Shown: piece after piece, positions 14,001 through 25,424 of the stretch
How the letters are laid out: the number at the start of each line of letters is the position of its first letter
Position numbering within the stretch: position 1 is the first letter of the stretch
From: Macrostomum lignano
Taxonomy: Eukaryota
Reading direction: 5' to 3'
Assembly: GCA_002269645.1 (NCBI GenBank)
Contig: NIVC01002602.1
Span: 93,850 to 157,849, forward strand
Length of the DNA: 64,000 nucleotides
The notes under the pieces: model-generated
What the model saw: only the letters and a program-made list of their open reading frames with translations
What the model was told of the DNA's origin: nothing
Database searches by the model: none
Program-made: the position numbers and the translations under genes

Positions 14001-17000
14001 AGGGAAAACAGTGGGGCGTCAGGGGAGACAGTGGGGTGTCAGGGAAGACAGTTGGGTGTCAGGGGAGACAATGGGGTGTCAGGGGAGACAGTGGGGTGTC
14101 AGGGGAGACAGTGGGTCGTCAGGGGAGACAGTGGGGTGTCAGGGGAGACAGTGGGGTGTCAGGGGAGACAGTGGGGCGTCAGGGGAGACAGTGGGGTGTC
14201 AGGGAAGACAGTTGGGTGTCAGGGGAGACAATGGGGTGTCAGGGGAGACAGTGGGGTGTCAGGGGAGACAGTGGGTCGTCAGGGGAGACAGTGGGGTGTC
14301 AGGGGAGACAGTGGGTCGTCAGGGGAGACAGTGGGTCGTCAGGGGAGAAAGGGGTGTCAGGGAAGACAGTGGAGTGTCAGGGGAGACAGTGGGTCGTCAG
14401 GGGAGACAGTGGAGTGTCAGGGGAGACAGTGGGGTGTCAGGGGAGACAGTGGGGTGTCAAGGGAGACAGTGGGGTGTCAAGGGAGACAGTGGGGTTTCAA
14501 GGGAGACAGTAGGGAGTCAGGGGAGACAGTGGGTCGTCAGGGGAGAAAGGGGTGTCAGGGAAGACAGTGGAGTGTCAGGGGAGACAGTGGGTCGTCAGGG
14601 GAGACAGTGGAGTGTCAGGGGAGACAGTGGGGTGTCAGGGGAGACAGTGGGGTGTCAGGGGAGACAGTGGGGTGTCAAGGGAGACAGTGGGGTTTCAAGG
14701 GAGACAGTAGGGAGTCAGGGGAGACAGTGAGGCACAAGAAAGCTTGCACTTACGTAGCACAACTCGTCCACATTTCCAAACAAATCGTCAGGTTCAACAA
14801 TCATGAGATGGCCGTCGACTTGCAGCTTCTTTAGCGGCTCCAGAAAGCACTGCGGTGGAAAGTAATAATTTACAGTTCTATTGTCCTACATGTACTTTTC
14901 TGGGGTGAATCCCGAGGGTAATTCCCGAGGGAATCCGAGGGTAATTCCCGAGGGGAATCCCGAGGGTAATTCCCGAGGTGAATCCCGAGGTTAATTCCCG
15001 AGGTGAACCCCGAGGGTAATTCCCGAGGGGAATCCCGAGGGTAATTCTTGAGGTGAATCCCGAGGGTAATTCCCGAAGTGAATCCCGAGAGTAATTCCCG
15101 AGGTGAATCCCAAGGGTAATTCCCGAGGTTAATCCCAAGGTTAATTCCTGAGGTGAATCCCGATGTGAATCCCGAGGGTAATTACCGAGGGGAATTCTAA
15201 GTTGAAGAGAGTCCAGAGAATAATCATAAGTTGAATTCCATTATAAAACTCTGAAAGCAAGTTTCTGGTTTATAAATTGTACTGGAAAGCGCTCTTGAGA
15301 ATCTCAAACAGCCAGTTTCAACGGACGGAGCAAAAGGAAATTCAACTTACGTGTTTCAAGACCATCAGGTAATCCGTCAAGTAGATTAGCTCGGACCTGA
15401 AGAGCTCCCAGACAGCTTCGCGTCTCAAGCGCTCGGACTCGCTGATTTCTGAGTCCCAACTGTCAGACAGTTCCGTCCAGTGCTTCTTCTGGAAATTATT
15501 AAATAAAAAAAGCGTGTTGCTTTGTGCGGGTGGGGGGGCAGAGCAGCTCCCGACTTCTCTCGCACTGAAGTGCCCGGGTTCGAATCCGTGCTCAGGGACA
15601 TTGATTGAAGCTCGTGAAGTGCCCGGGTTCGAATCCGTGCTCGGGGACATTGATTGAAGCTCGTGAAGTGCCCGGGTTCGAATCCGTGCTCGGGGACATT
15701 GATTGGAGCTCGTGAAGTGCCCGGGTTCGAATCCGTGCTCGGGGACATTGATTGAAGCTCGTGAAGTGCCCGGGTTCGAATCCGTGCTCGGGGACATTGA
15801 TTGGAGCTCGTGAAGAAAGATTGAAGCTCGTGAGGTTAATGAGGACCAAAGCCAAATGCCCAGGGTGTGTGCATGCGAGACAGTAAGAAATATTGGGGCC
15901 GCTGTACACCTTTTATGAGTCCGTACTCAAGGGTGCATACTCAAGGGTGCATACTCAAGGGTGCATACTCAAGGGTGCATACTCAAGGGTGCATACTCAA
16001 GGGTGCATACTCAAGGGTGAATACTCAAGGGTGCATACTCAAGGGTGCATACTCAAGGGTGCATACTCAAGGGTGAATACTCAAGGGTGCATACTCAAGG
16101 GTGCATACTCAAGGGTGCATACTCAAGGGTGCATACTCAAGGGTTAGTGAAATGGGCATGACTTCTGGCTCTCTCGCTGGCTGAAGATTTTTTTGGAAAA
16201 TTGCGGACTTAGCCCACAACTATTTAGACAAAAGCACGTTAAACTACTTAAAGTAGTTAAATTGATGGAAACCTTGAATGAGATTAGGTAAGTGTCGCGA
16301 AATTCTGATCCAGGCAGAAGCAGCATCGCCTCCTGAAGGTTGCTTTGAGACGAGTCTTTACCGCGATTCCTTCGGATGTCAATCTGAAAGTTCAAAACTT
16401 TGAATCAGTACCGTCCTCTCTCCTACTCTTCACCCTCCTCTCTCCCTCTCTTCACCCTCCTCTCTCATTCTCTTCACCCTCCTCTCTCCCTCTCTTCACC
16501 CTCCTCTCTCCCCATTCTGTACCCTCCTCTCTCCCCATTCTGTACCCTCCTCTCTCCCCATTCTGTACCCTTCTCTCTCTCCCCATTCTGTACCCTCCTC
16601 TCTTCCCATTCTGTACCCTTCTCTCTCCCATTTCTGTACCCTCCTCTCTCCCCATTCTGTACCCTTCTCTCTCTCCCCATTCTGTACCCTCCTCTCTCCC
16701 CATTCTGTACCCTCCTCTCTCCCCATTCTGTACCCTTCTCTCTCTTCCCATTCTGTACCCTCCTCTCTCCCCATTCTGTACCCTTCTCTCTCCCCATTCT
16801 GTACCCTCCTCTCTTCCCATTCTGTACCCTCCTCTCTCCCCATTCTGTACCCTTCTCTCTCCCCATTCTGTACCCTCCTCTCTTCCCATTCTGTACCCTC
16901 CTCTCTCCCCATTCTGTACCCTCCTCTCTTCCCATTCTGTACCCTCCTTTCTCCCTATTCTGTACCCTCCTCTCTCCCTCTCTTCACCCTCCTCTCTGCC

Positions 17001-18665
17001 CATTCTGAACCCTCCTGTTTGCACCTCTACCACCTAATTTTTTCAGTAACTATCCGGCCACCTGCAAATCAGCTTTAAAAACTGACCAGTCTTAAAATTG
17101 ACTTTGACGCCCGTTTCCTCAGATCTGCGGGTTGGCAAGTTCAAAAGTACTAAGACATTCCTGCACTGACTCGTGTTCACAAAGGGTAAAGTAAGGCATT
17201 ACTAGTAGAAATATGGATTAGCAGAGAGGGATTAGCAGAATGGCGCTTGTTTGTGGATTCGAAAGACGTGGAGAGGACAGAGGTAACGAAAGTGGAGCAA
17301 TGATGAGCTTATTAATAACTTCTTCAATGGGGTAAGACTCAAAGAAAGCCCTTACTAGGGTAAGATTGGCATAGTCAATAACATAATGACTATAGTCATT
17401 AGGATAAATAAGGCTTATAGAAAAGTACAAGACAAAACTGCGTTCGTGTGCAGACCTAATTCATTTAAGTATTTGTTTCAGTCAGTTATGGGGAGAGTGG
17501 AAGGTACAGAATGGGGAGAGAGGAGGGCACAGAATGTTGAGAGAGGAGGGCACAGAATGGGGAGAGAGGAGGGCACAGAATGTTGAGAGAGGAGGGCACA
17601 GAATGGGGAGAGAGGAGGGCACAGAATGTTGAGAGAGGAGGGCACAGAATGGGGAGAGAGGAGGGCACAGAATGTTGAGAGAGGAGGGCACAGAATGGGG
17701 AGAGAGGAGGGCACAGAATGGGGAGAGAGGAGGGCACAGAATGTTAAGAGAGGAGGGCACAGAATGGGGAGAGAGGAGGGCACAGAATGGGGAGAGAGGA
17801 GGGCACAGAATGTTAAGAGAGGAGGGCACAGAATGGGGAGAGAGGAGGGCACAGAATGGGGAGAGAGGAGGGCACAGAATGTTAAGAGAAGAGGGCACAG
17901 AATGGGGAGAGAGGAGGGCACAGAATGTTGAGAGAGGACAGAATGGCACAGAATGGAGAGAGGAGGGCACAGAATGGGGAGAGACTAGGCACAGCAGTGG
18001 CTGACCCTCGCTGCTGGCGTATCTCTGCAGACTTTTCTGAGTCAGATCGGCAATGGTGTTCTGCTTTCTCAGCAGCTGCTTGCTTCGCTGTCGCAGAACG
18101 TCGACCCTCGGCAAAACCTCGATGTTCAAGGCCAAGGAGCTGCGCCTTCGATTCCTGGCTGCTTCCGCGTTGCTGAAATCGAGTTTGATGAAGGAAATTC
18201 GGTGCATAAAATTAATCTGAAGTGGCAGGACAATGCACTGCAATTCTGCCCATTCCGCACTCACCGAATCTCGGACAATAGGCTTCCCTTCACTCACTCA
18301 CCGAATCTCGGACAGCAAGCTTCCCTTCACTCACTCACCGAATCTCGGACAGCAAGCTTCCCTTCACTCACTCACCGAATCTCGGACAGTAGGCTTCCCT
18401 TCACTCACTCACTGAATCTTGGACAGTAGGCTTCACTTCACTCACTCACCGAATCTCGGACAGTAGGCTTCACTTCACTCACTCACCGAATCTCGGACAG
18501 TAGGCTTCCCTTCACTCACTCACCGAATCTCGGACAGCAGGCTTCACTTCACTCACTCACCGAATCTCGGACAGCAGGCTTCCCTTCATTCACTCACCTG
18601 CTTCCGTCGTCATCCTCTGTGATTGAATCGTCTGGACTGCGGTCAGGACTGCGGAGCTGACTGCG
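5088..18665 (-). CDS. PLEKHG7: PLEKHG7-like Rho guanine nucleotide exchange factor (DH + PH domains)
   Basis: Phase-consistent exons 18665-18598, 18172-18006, 17124-17087, 16383-16273, 15488-15351, 14849-14754, 13579-13478, 12364-12248, 11587-11413, 11328-11119, 10146-10064, 9959-9836, 6723-6626, 5534-5088. DH motifs REAVWELFRSELIY, LFGNVDEL, YHSYCLNY, RLQLSDLLVAPMQH; linker LIWPP; PH motifs LLYEGHLYL, IYGFLFDDLLLLT, QPIALDR, LRHAFVLV, QAGNENAMMVW. The pattern matches my recollection of the PLEKHG7 subfamily. Donors at 16272 (GTTTCC) and 13477 (GTTGAG) are weak. Confidence 0.8.
5599..6598. repeat. 32-bp C-rich minisatellite
   Basis: Unit CCAGTTGGTTATCGGCTTGCCCCTCCCCCACC. Confidence 0.95.
7171..8395. 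repeat. 22-bp minisatellite GGGGTGTCAGGTTGCTAATATT
   Basis: Direct tandem copies, with higher-order repetition of variants. Confidence 0.97.
8828..9330. repeat. 40-bp minisatellite (degenerate tail to about 9530)
   Basis: Unit CTTAACCTAACCCTACCTGACATCACCTCACCTGACCTGA. Confidence 0.9.
10253..11020. repeat. 90-bp tandem repeat, about 8.5 copies
   Basis: ACCTCACGCCCAGCC recurs every 90 bp (e.g. 10431, 10521). Confidence 0.95.
11660..12208. repeat. 32-bp minisatellite, two variants
   Basis: CCTGGGTCATGATCGGTGCCACACCTGTTCTA / CCTGGGTCATGATCGATGTTCCACCTGTTCCA. Confidence 0.95.
12435..13295 (+). repeat. 20-bp minisatellite TGACACCCCACTGTCTCCCC
   Basis: Tandem copies; reverse complement of the 13790-14730 array. 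Confidence 0.97.
13790..14730 (-). repeat. 20-bp minisatellite GGGGAGACAGTGGGGTGTCA (inverted partner of 12435-13295)
   Basis: Tandem copies with 20-bp period. Confidence 0.97.
14900..15200. repeat. 25-bp minisatellite GAATCCCGAGGGTAATTCCCGAGGT
   Basis: Tandem copies made of two related half-units. Confidence 0.9.
15566..15815 (+). repeat. 49-bp x5 tandem repeat, each unit containing GGTTCGAATCC
   Basis: Motif at 15577, 15626, 15675, 15724 and 15773. Confidence 0.95.
15924..16143. repeat. 14-bp minisatellite GGGTGCATACTCAA
   Basis: Tandem copies. Confidence 0.97.
16420..17010 (+). repeat. 23-bp minisatellite CCCTCCTCTCTCCCCATTCTGTA
   Basis: Tandem copies; reverse complement of the 17485-17985 family. 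Confidence 0.95.
17485..17985 (-). repeat. 23-bp minisatellite GGGCACAGAATGGGGAGAGAGGA (inverted partner of 16420-17010)
   Basis: Tandem copies, with a GTT/GGG variant. Confidence 0.95.
18260..18598. repeat. 37-bp minisatellite beginning at a 5' splice site
   Basis: Minus-strand unit GTGAGTGAGTGAAGGGAAGCCTACTGTCCGAGATTCG, about 9 copies. Confidence 0.92.
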
Positions 18666-18682
18666 CTACAAGTGCGGTGGGT

Positions 18683-19250
18683 GTCAGTCAGTCAGTCAGT
18701 CAGTCAGTCAGTCAGTCAGTCAGTCAGTCAGTCAGTCAGTCAGTCAGTCAGTCAGTCAGTCAGTCAGTCAGTCAGTCAGTCAGTCAGTCAGTCAGTCAGT
18801 CAGTCAGTCAGTCAGTCAGTCAGTCAGTCAGTCAGTCAGTCAGTCAGTCAGTCAGTCAGTCAGTCAGTCAGTCAGTCAGTCAGTCAGTCAGTCAGTCAGT
18901 CAGTCAGTCAGTCAGTCAGTCAGTCAGTCAGTCAGTCAGTCAGTCAGTCAGTCAGTCAGTCAGTCAGTCAGTCAGTCAGTCAGTCAGTCAGTCAGTCAGT
19001 CAGTCAGTCAGTCAGTCAGTCAGTCAGTCAGTCAGTCAGTCAGTCAGTCAGTCAGTCAGTCAGTCAGTCAGTCAGTCAGTCAGTCAGTCAGTCAGTCAGT
19101 CAGTCAGTCAGTCAGTCAGTCAGTCAGTCAGTCAGTCAGTCAGTCAGTCAGTCAGTCAGTCAGTCAGTCAGTCAGTCAGTCAGTCAGTCAGTCAGTCAGT
19201 CAGTCAGTCAGTCAGTCAGTCAGTCAGTCAGTCAGTCAGTCAGTCAGTCA
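18683..19250. repeat. Perfect (GTCA)n microsatellite, about 142 units
   Basis: Uninterrupted tetranucleotide run. Confidence 0.99.
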
Positions 19251-19819
19251 GGCAGTCAGCTGTATAAAACCTGTTTCAGGTCAGAGCTGTGCTTGAACCG
19301 TGCACCCCAAACTCAATAATGAAATATTCAGGAGCAGCAACACCCAAGGGAGTGCTTTGGCCGAAAATTCTACAGTGGATGGGCAAAAGGCAGAAATGAT
19401 GACATGGGGAGGGCAGCGAGGATAAGGTAAGTGCACAGGGGTTAGACAGGCAGCTGGCACTGCAGGCCTAAGATATCCATGAGTCTTGGGATTTCTTCGC
19501 TTAATCCACGGCTCGGGGTGCTTTGGCTGACGCAAGTGGCAGAGCGGCAGAGGAGCGCAGAGGAGCCATGCGCTGCTGCAAGTCAGCATTATTCGGTTTC
19601 TTTCTACCAGGGCCAGGTTACTGGGAGAAATAATATGCAGACTCTATAAATTAATTATTTCATTCCGCGCTGGAAATGGCGTGTGTCATCAATTCTGATT
19701 GACTTAAAAAGACGCGGCGATAAAAGGGGTCGGAAAAGACTCCTGAGATATAGAAAAGTGGACCGTGAAGACCTCAGACACATTAGAGTCGCTTGCGGAA
19801 AGGGTAGTATAGACAGTAT

Positions 19820-19825
19820 AGACAG

Positions 19826-19904
<79 letters not shown>

Positions 19905-19960
19905 TACGGACAGACCGAGACAGACAGACAGACACACAGACAGACACACAGACAGACAGA
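19820..19960. repeat. (GACA)n microsatellite
   Basis: Direct reading. Confidence 0.95.
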
Positions 19961-19975
19961 CAATGGGCCAGCTAC

Positions 19976-20113
19976 CTTGGAGTTGTAGATCGCAGCCCGC
20001 CGCCCCCTACGATGCAGAGTCTGCGGCTGCAGTTCGGCAGTTTCGAAGACGCCGCCGTCCTCGCCGCTTGAGACGCTGAGCTCGCTGTTGTGCCGCACCA
20101 GCTGGGCGGCCGC
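19976..20113 (-). CDS. Putative upstream exon of the PLEKHG7-like gene
   Basis: GC-rich open 138-nt segment AAAQLVRHNSELSVSSGEDGGVFETAELQPQTLHRRGRRAAIYNSK, ending in AAG|GTAGC (phase 0) compatible with exon 18665; acceptor position uncertain. Confidence 0.55.
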
Positions 20114-20374
20114 CTGATTCAATGGTTTCGACACGGTTGGTTAACTGCAGTGTGCTTGAAAATTGAATTGTGAATATTGAATATTGCTGAATTGCTCAAG
20201 TTCAAAAAGAATCTCTGAGGGGACATTTAGGAAATTACGTGATCTTGAAAAGTACTGTCACTTCAGCCAGGTCAAATTCGAGCTAAGCTATGACGTAATG
20301 TTATCAGGGCTTGTTAGGCACTATTTAAACACTATGACGTCACTTTCTGGGATTATTTATGTGACTAAAGTCAC

Positions 20375-20667
20375 TTCATCGAGGGTTATTTGAGAGACTG
20401 ACGTCACCTCATCCAGGGTTATTTGGGAGACTGACGTCACCTCATCCAGGGTTATTTGAGAGACTGACGTCACCTCATCCAGGGTTATCTGGGAGACTGA
20501 CGTCACCTCATCCAGGGTTATCTGGGAGACTGATGTCACCTCATCCAGGGTTATTTGAGAGACTGACGTCACCTCATCCAGGGTTATCTGGGAGACTGAC
20601 GTCACCTCATCCAGGGTTATCTGGGAGACTGATGTCACCTCATCCAGGGTTATTTGGGAGACTGACC
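20375..20667. repeat. 33-bp minisatellite containing TGACGTCA
   Basis: Unit GAGACTGACGTCACCTCATCCAGGGTTATTTGG. Confidence 0.95.
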
Positions 20668-21184
20668 TCATCCTATTCATGATGACATCACTATGTCTAA
20701 GTCTACAACAGGCTTACACTAAAGGATTCTTTTTAAACCTTGTACTTCAGTAACATTTCAAGCAGCTGCTTCAGGAAGCTGATGTCTTGCCAGCTAGATA
20801 CTAGCCAGAAGTATCCAAATGTAGTTAGTTTCTATTGAAGCTGACAAGAAGACGCCTTCTTAGGATACTGACACGCCTACAAGCAGGTCCCACGCGGTTG
20901 CTCCACCTCCATCGCCTATCTTGTCGTCAGCAACGAGAATTGAAGATGTAAACTGATTTCTTGGAGTTAGTTTGATTAGCGAGATAGCGGGAGGGATAGA
21001 ACAGGGGAGATTGATTACACAAGCTCAAGTGCACTTCATGGCGGTATAATTGACTAATTACTGGGCTGGGTCCAGCTGGAATCTGAGCGGAAAAGGGCAG
21101 CCTCTACAACCCCCATGACTCCCCCCCTCCCCCGCGGAAATAAGGCAAGACTTCACGCCTTAAAATCCCCCTTTTGCCGTATTG

Positions 21185-21730
21185 TCTAGTGCCATTCTGG
21201 CGCTATGTCTAGTGCCATTCCGGTGCCATGTCTAGTGCCATTCCGGCGCTATGTCTAGTGCCATTCCGGTGCCATGTCTAGTGCTATTCCGGTGCCATGT
21301 CTAGTGCCATTCTGGCGCCATGTCTAGTGCCATTCTGGCGCCATGGCTAGTGCCATTCTGGCGCCATGTTTAGTGCTATTCTGGCGCCATGTCTAGTGCT
21401 ATTCTGGCGCCATGTCTAGTGCCATTCTGGCGCCATGTCTAGTGCCATTCTGGCGCCATGTTTAGTGCTTTTCTGGCGCCATGTCTAGTGCCATTCTGGC
21501 GTCATGTCTAGTGCCATTCTGGCGCCACGTTTAGTGCCATTCTGGCGCCATTTCTAGTGCTATTCTGGCGCCATGTCTAGTGCCATTCTGGCGCCATGTC
21601 TAGTGCCATTCTGGCGCCACGTCTAGTGCCATTCTGGCGCCACGTCTAGTGCCATTCTGGCGCCACGTCTAGTGCCATTCTGGCGCCATTTCTAGTGCCA
21701 TTCTGGCGCCATGTCTAGTGCCATTCTGGC
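21185..21730. repeat. 23-bp minisatellite ATGTCTAGTGCCATTCTGGCGCC
   Basis: Tandem copies. Confidence 0.95.
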
Positions 21731-22085
21731 AACACCCAGCGAATGCCAGAACTCCAAATCGAGCTAGCTCATGATGATGAAGGAAAGAGAAAGAAGGTGA
21801 TGCTAGGGAGCAGGGGATCTAGCATAGGCAAAGGCAGAGAGGGGGCTCCAGCCAGATTCGATAGTCCTGTGAGGTGTGTCTGTTTGAACAGCTTCAAAAA
21901 GGGGTGGCTGACACACACCAAGTCGCCCAGGACTCTCAGCTCCACTGGGTTTTCTTTGCCGCTGCACTCGAATGCCGAGACAGAGCGGGTGAGACAGAGC
22001 GGTGGGATGAGGAGGCGGAGCTTCTGAGTGTGTCTTCGAATCTTTCATGTACTCTCTGTTCTTGAGTTCATCTGCTCCTGCCCGA

Positions 22086-22555
<470 letters not shown>

Positions 22556-23054
22556 TTGTATTTAGCCAATAGACAATAGCAAATACAAAGTATGCTATTG
22601 TCTGTCGAGTTGTACTTTTAATTGAAGAGAGCTATTTCTGAGATAATCGAAAATGATCAAACTAAATGAACAAAAATGTAATGCAAAAACCATTCAACAT
22701 GCTAGAAGCCACTCATTGTACATTTTAATCAAATTTAGCCTCAATATGGTGGACTAAAAGGAGTCTTCCCAGAAACAGGTGCCTTCATTTTCTGAGTCTT
22801 GTTTAAACAAAAAACAAAGATCTATTAGCTCAGGAATTCACGACCGTAATTAATACGATGTTCATTTGTAAGAAATGCCAAAGTTAGAAAGCAACAAATT
22901 AATTTCGCGTTTTTGTGTTCCCATGGTTGGTTTTATTGTGCTGGTCACGAATTACGATGCCATAAAACCGCTATGATTTTCATCTTCATATGGCTGTCAA
23001 ATGAGGCCTCTTCCCATTTTTCTGGAACAGAAGCACAGAAGCTAATATCATTTA

Positions 23055-23830
23055 GGTACAGTCAGACAGTAGAGAGTGGCATTGTCAGACAGTAGTGAGT
23101 GGCATTGTCAGACAGTAGTGAGTGGCATTGTCAGACAGTAGAGAATGGCATTATCAGACAGTAGAGAATGGCATTGTCAGACAGTAGTGAGTGGCATTGT
23201 CAGACAGTAGTGAGTGGCATTGTCAGACAGTAGTGAGTGGCATTGTCAGACAGTAGTGAGTGGCATTGTCAGACAGTAGTGAGTGGCATTGTCAGACAGT
23301 AGAGAATGGCATTGTCAGACAGTAGTGAGTGGCATTGTCAGACAGTAGAGAATGGCATTGTCAGACAGTAGAGAATGGCATTGTCAGACAGTAGAGAATG
23401 GCATTGTCAGACAGTAGAGAATGGCATTGTCAGACAGTAGAGAATGGCATTGTCAGACAGTAGAGAATGGCATTGTCAGACAGTAGAGAATGGCATTGTC
23501 AGACAGTAGAGAATGGCATTGTCAGACAGTAGTGAGTGGCATTGTCAGACAGTAGAGAATGGCATTGTCAGACAGTAGTGAGTGGCATTGTCAGACAGTA
23601 GAGAATGGCATTATCAGACAGTAGAGAATGGCATTGTCAGACAGTAGTGAGTGGCATTGTCAGACAGTAGAGAATGGCATTATCAGACAGTAGAGAATGG
23701 CATTGTCAGACAGTAGTGAGTGGCATTGTCAGACAGTAGAGAATTGCATTGTCAGACAGTAGTGAGTGGCATTGTCTGACAGTAGGGAGTGGCATTGTCA
23801 GACAGTAGAGAGTGGCATTGTCAGACAGTA
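23055..23830. repeat. 23-bp minisatellite GTGGCATTGTCAGACAGTAGTGA
   Basis: Tandem copies, two variants. Confidence 0.97.
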
Positions 23831-23841
23831 GTCAGTCTCAC

Positions 23842-23976
23842 CGTAGCGGCATTTTCAGCAGCCCGTATCCTAGCAACGAACTCGCTCGGACTGTAAGTGT
23901 TGGTCCGTTTAAGAACCCGCTGTTTTGCACCAGTGCGGACCGGCGTGGATGGTTTAAACGGTTGATGCTGCATTAC
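23842..23976 (-). CDS. Putative first/5' coding exon of the PLEKHG7-like gene
   Basis: TTCAG acceptor and ACG|GTGAG donor flank a 135-nt open frame (V)MQHQPFKPSTPVRTGAKQRVLKRTNTYSPSEFVARIRAAENAAT, phase 0; ATG at 23973. Confidence 0.45.
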
Positions 23977-24289
23977 CTGAAGAATGTCGAATTTAAACGT
24001 CAGTTTATAATGATTGACAACGTGTCCATCCTAGACTGTATTTTTCTTGTCTAAAATACTAATAGAATATGCGTGTAGCATTAGATAAAAATGTTGCTAT
24101 TGGTTGTTTATTGAGTAGCCAATAGCAATGCGCGTTTGGGGCATGCAGTGACCGCTGAAAATCTGGCATACAGGGCTTCTGAGATGCTTATCAGGTACAT
24201 GTGCATATAGGCTCTTAATGCGTTTGTACGTTGTTAGAAACTCATGCATGTACTTGTAAGCAACTGAATATGAGAAACTACAGAATATT

Positions 24290-24548
24290 CTGTGATGAGA
24301 AACTGATATAATTCCAGGTTTACGGGGATTAGAAACTGATATAAGGTCAGGTTTGAGGGCATGAGAAACTGAGATGAGGACAGTTTTGAGAGCATGAGAA
24401 ACTGAGATGAGACCAGGTTTGAGGGCATGAGAAACTGAAATGAGGCCAGGTTTGAGAGCATGAGAAACTGAGATGAGAACAGTTTTGAGAGCATGAGAAA
24501 CTGAGATGAGGCCAGGCTTGAGTGCATGAGAAACTGAGATGAGGACAG
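24290..24548. repeat. 33-bp minisatellite
   Basis: Unit GAGAAACTGAGATGAGGCCAGGTTTGAGGGCAT. Confidence 0.85.
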
Positions 24549-24964
24549 CTTACGTTTGCATAGCGACGCAAGTCTGTAAATGTCATGTATATATATTGAT
24601 TGTAACCACCACCATTTAACCTTAGTAAAAAACAGATTCCAAAATTTTATGAGTTATCTTTTATTGCTTAATAATCCGCCGAATATACATACATGCACCA
24701 GCCTACCTCGAGGCAGCCAGCGCACACAGACAGAGGGAGACAGACTCTGAAAGAAACCACCACTATCGATCGATACAGACCGAATACATGTATATATTAA
24801 TATCTATTGCCCATTTTTCTGCATCCCAATTCTGAGAAAAGAGTGCATTATCGGGAACAGAGTGAAGCAACTCTGCAACTTACTTAGCGATCAATGAGTA
24901 AGATTAGTAACAGAGCAACTCTCTTTATTAATCCCTAATGGACTGGGACGTCTCAATGCATATA

Positions 24965-25258
24965 ACAAACTCAGTTCATGACTAACTCAGTACATGAGCA
25001 ACTCAGTACATGAGCAACTCAGTGCATGAGCAACTCAGTGCATAACCAACTAAGTACATAACCAACTCAGTTCATGACCAACTCAGTTCATGATCAACTA
25101 AGTACATGACCAACACAGTGCATGACCAACTCAGTTCATGACCAACTCAGTTCATGATCAACTAAGTACATGACCAACACAGTACATGACCAACTCAGTA
25201 CATGACCAACTTAGTACATGACCAACATGACTGGTGACTAAATCAGTGCATGACCAAC
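24965..25258. repeat. 16-bp minisatellite CATGACCAACTCAGTA
   Basis: Tandem copies. Confidence 0.9.
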
Positions 25259-25424
25259 GCAAGCCTGCAAATGACCAAGTTTTACAGGAGATAATTTCTG
25301 TGAAAAAAGCAATTAAAAAACAAACCAAGCCAATGCAATTTTTGTTTAAGGTTTCAAATAAAAAAGGCCTAGCATTAGCATGCAGTATATTTATAATTAC
25401 CAAACAACGATAACAATAAAGAAT

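Noticed and set aside
15571-15620. tRNA gene suggested by GGTTCGAATCC
   Set aside because: Only the T-loop/B-box is present; no acceptor, D or anticodon arms.
21743-22048. Possible additional RhoGEF exon(s) or ORFs
   Set aside because: Several frames are plausible, but I found no phase-consistent acceptor/donor pair.
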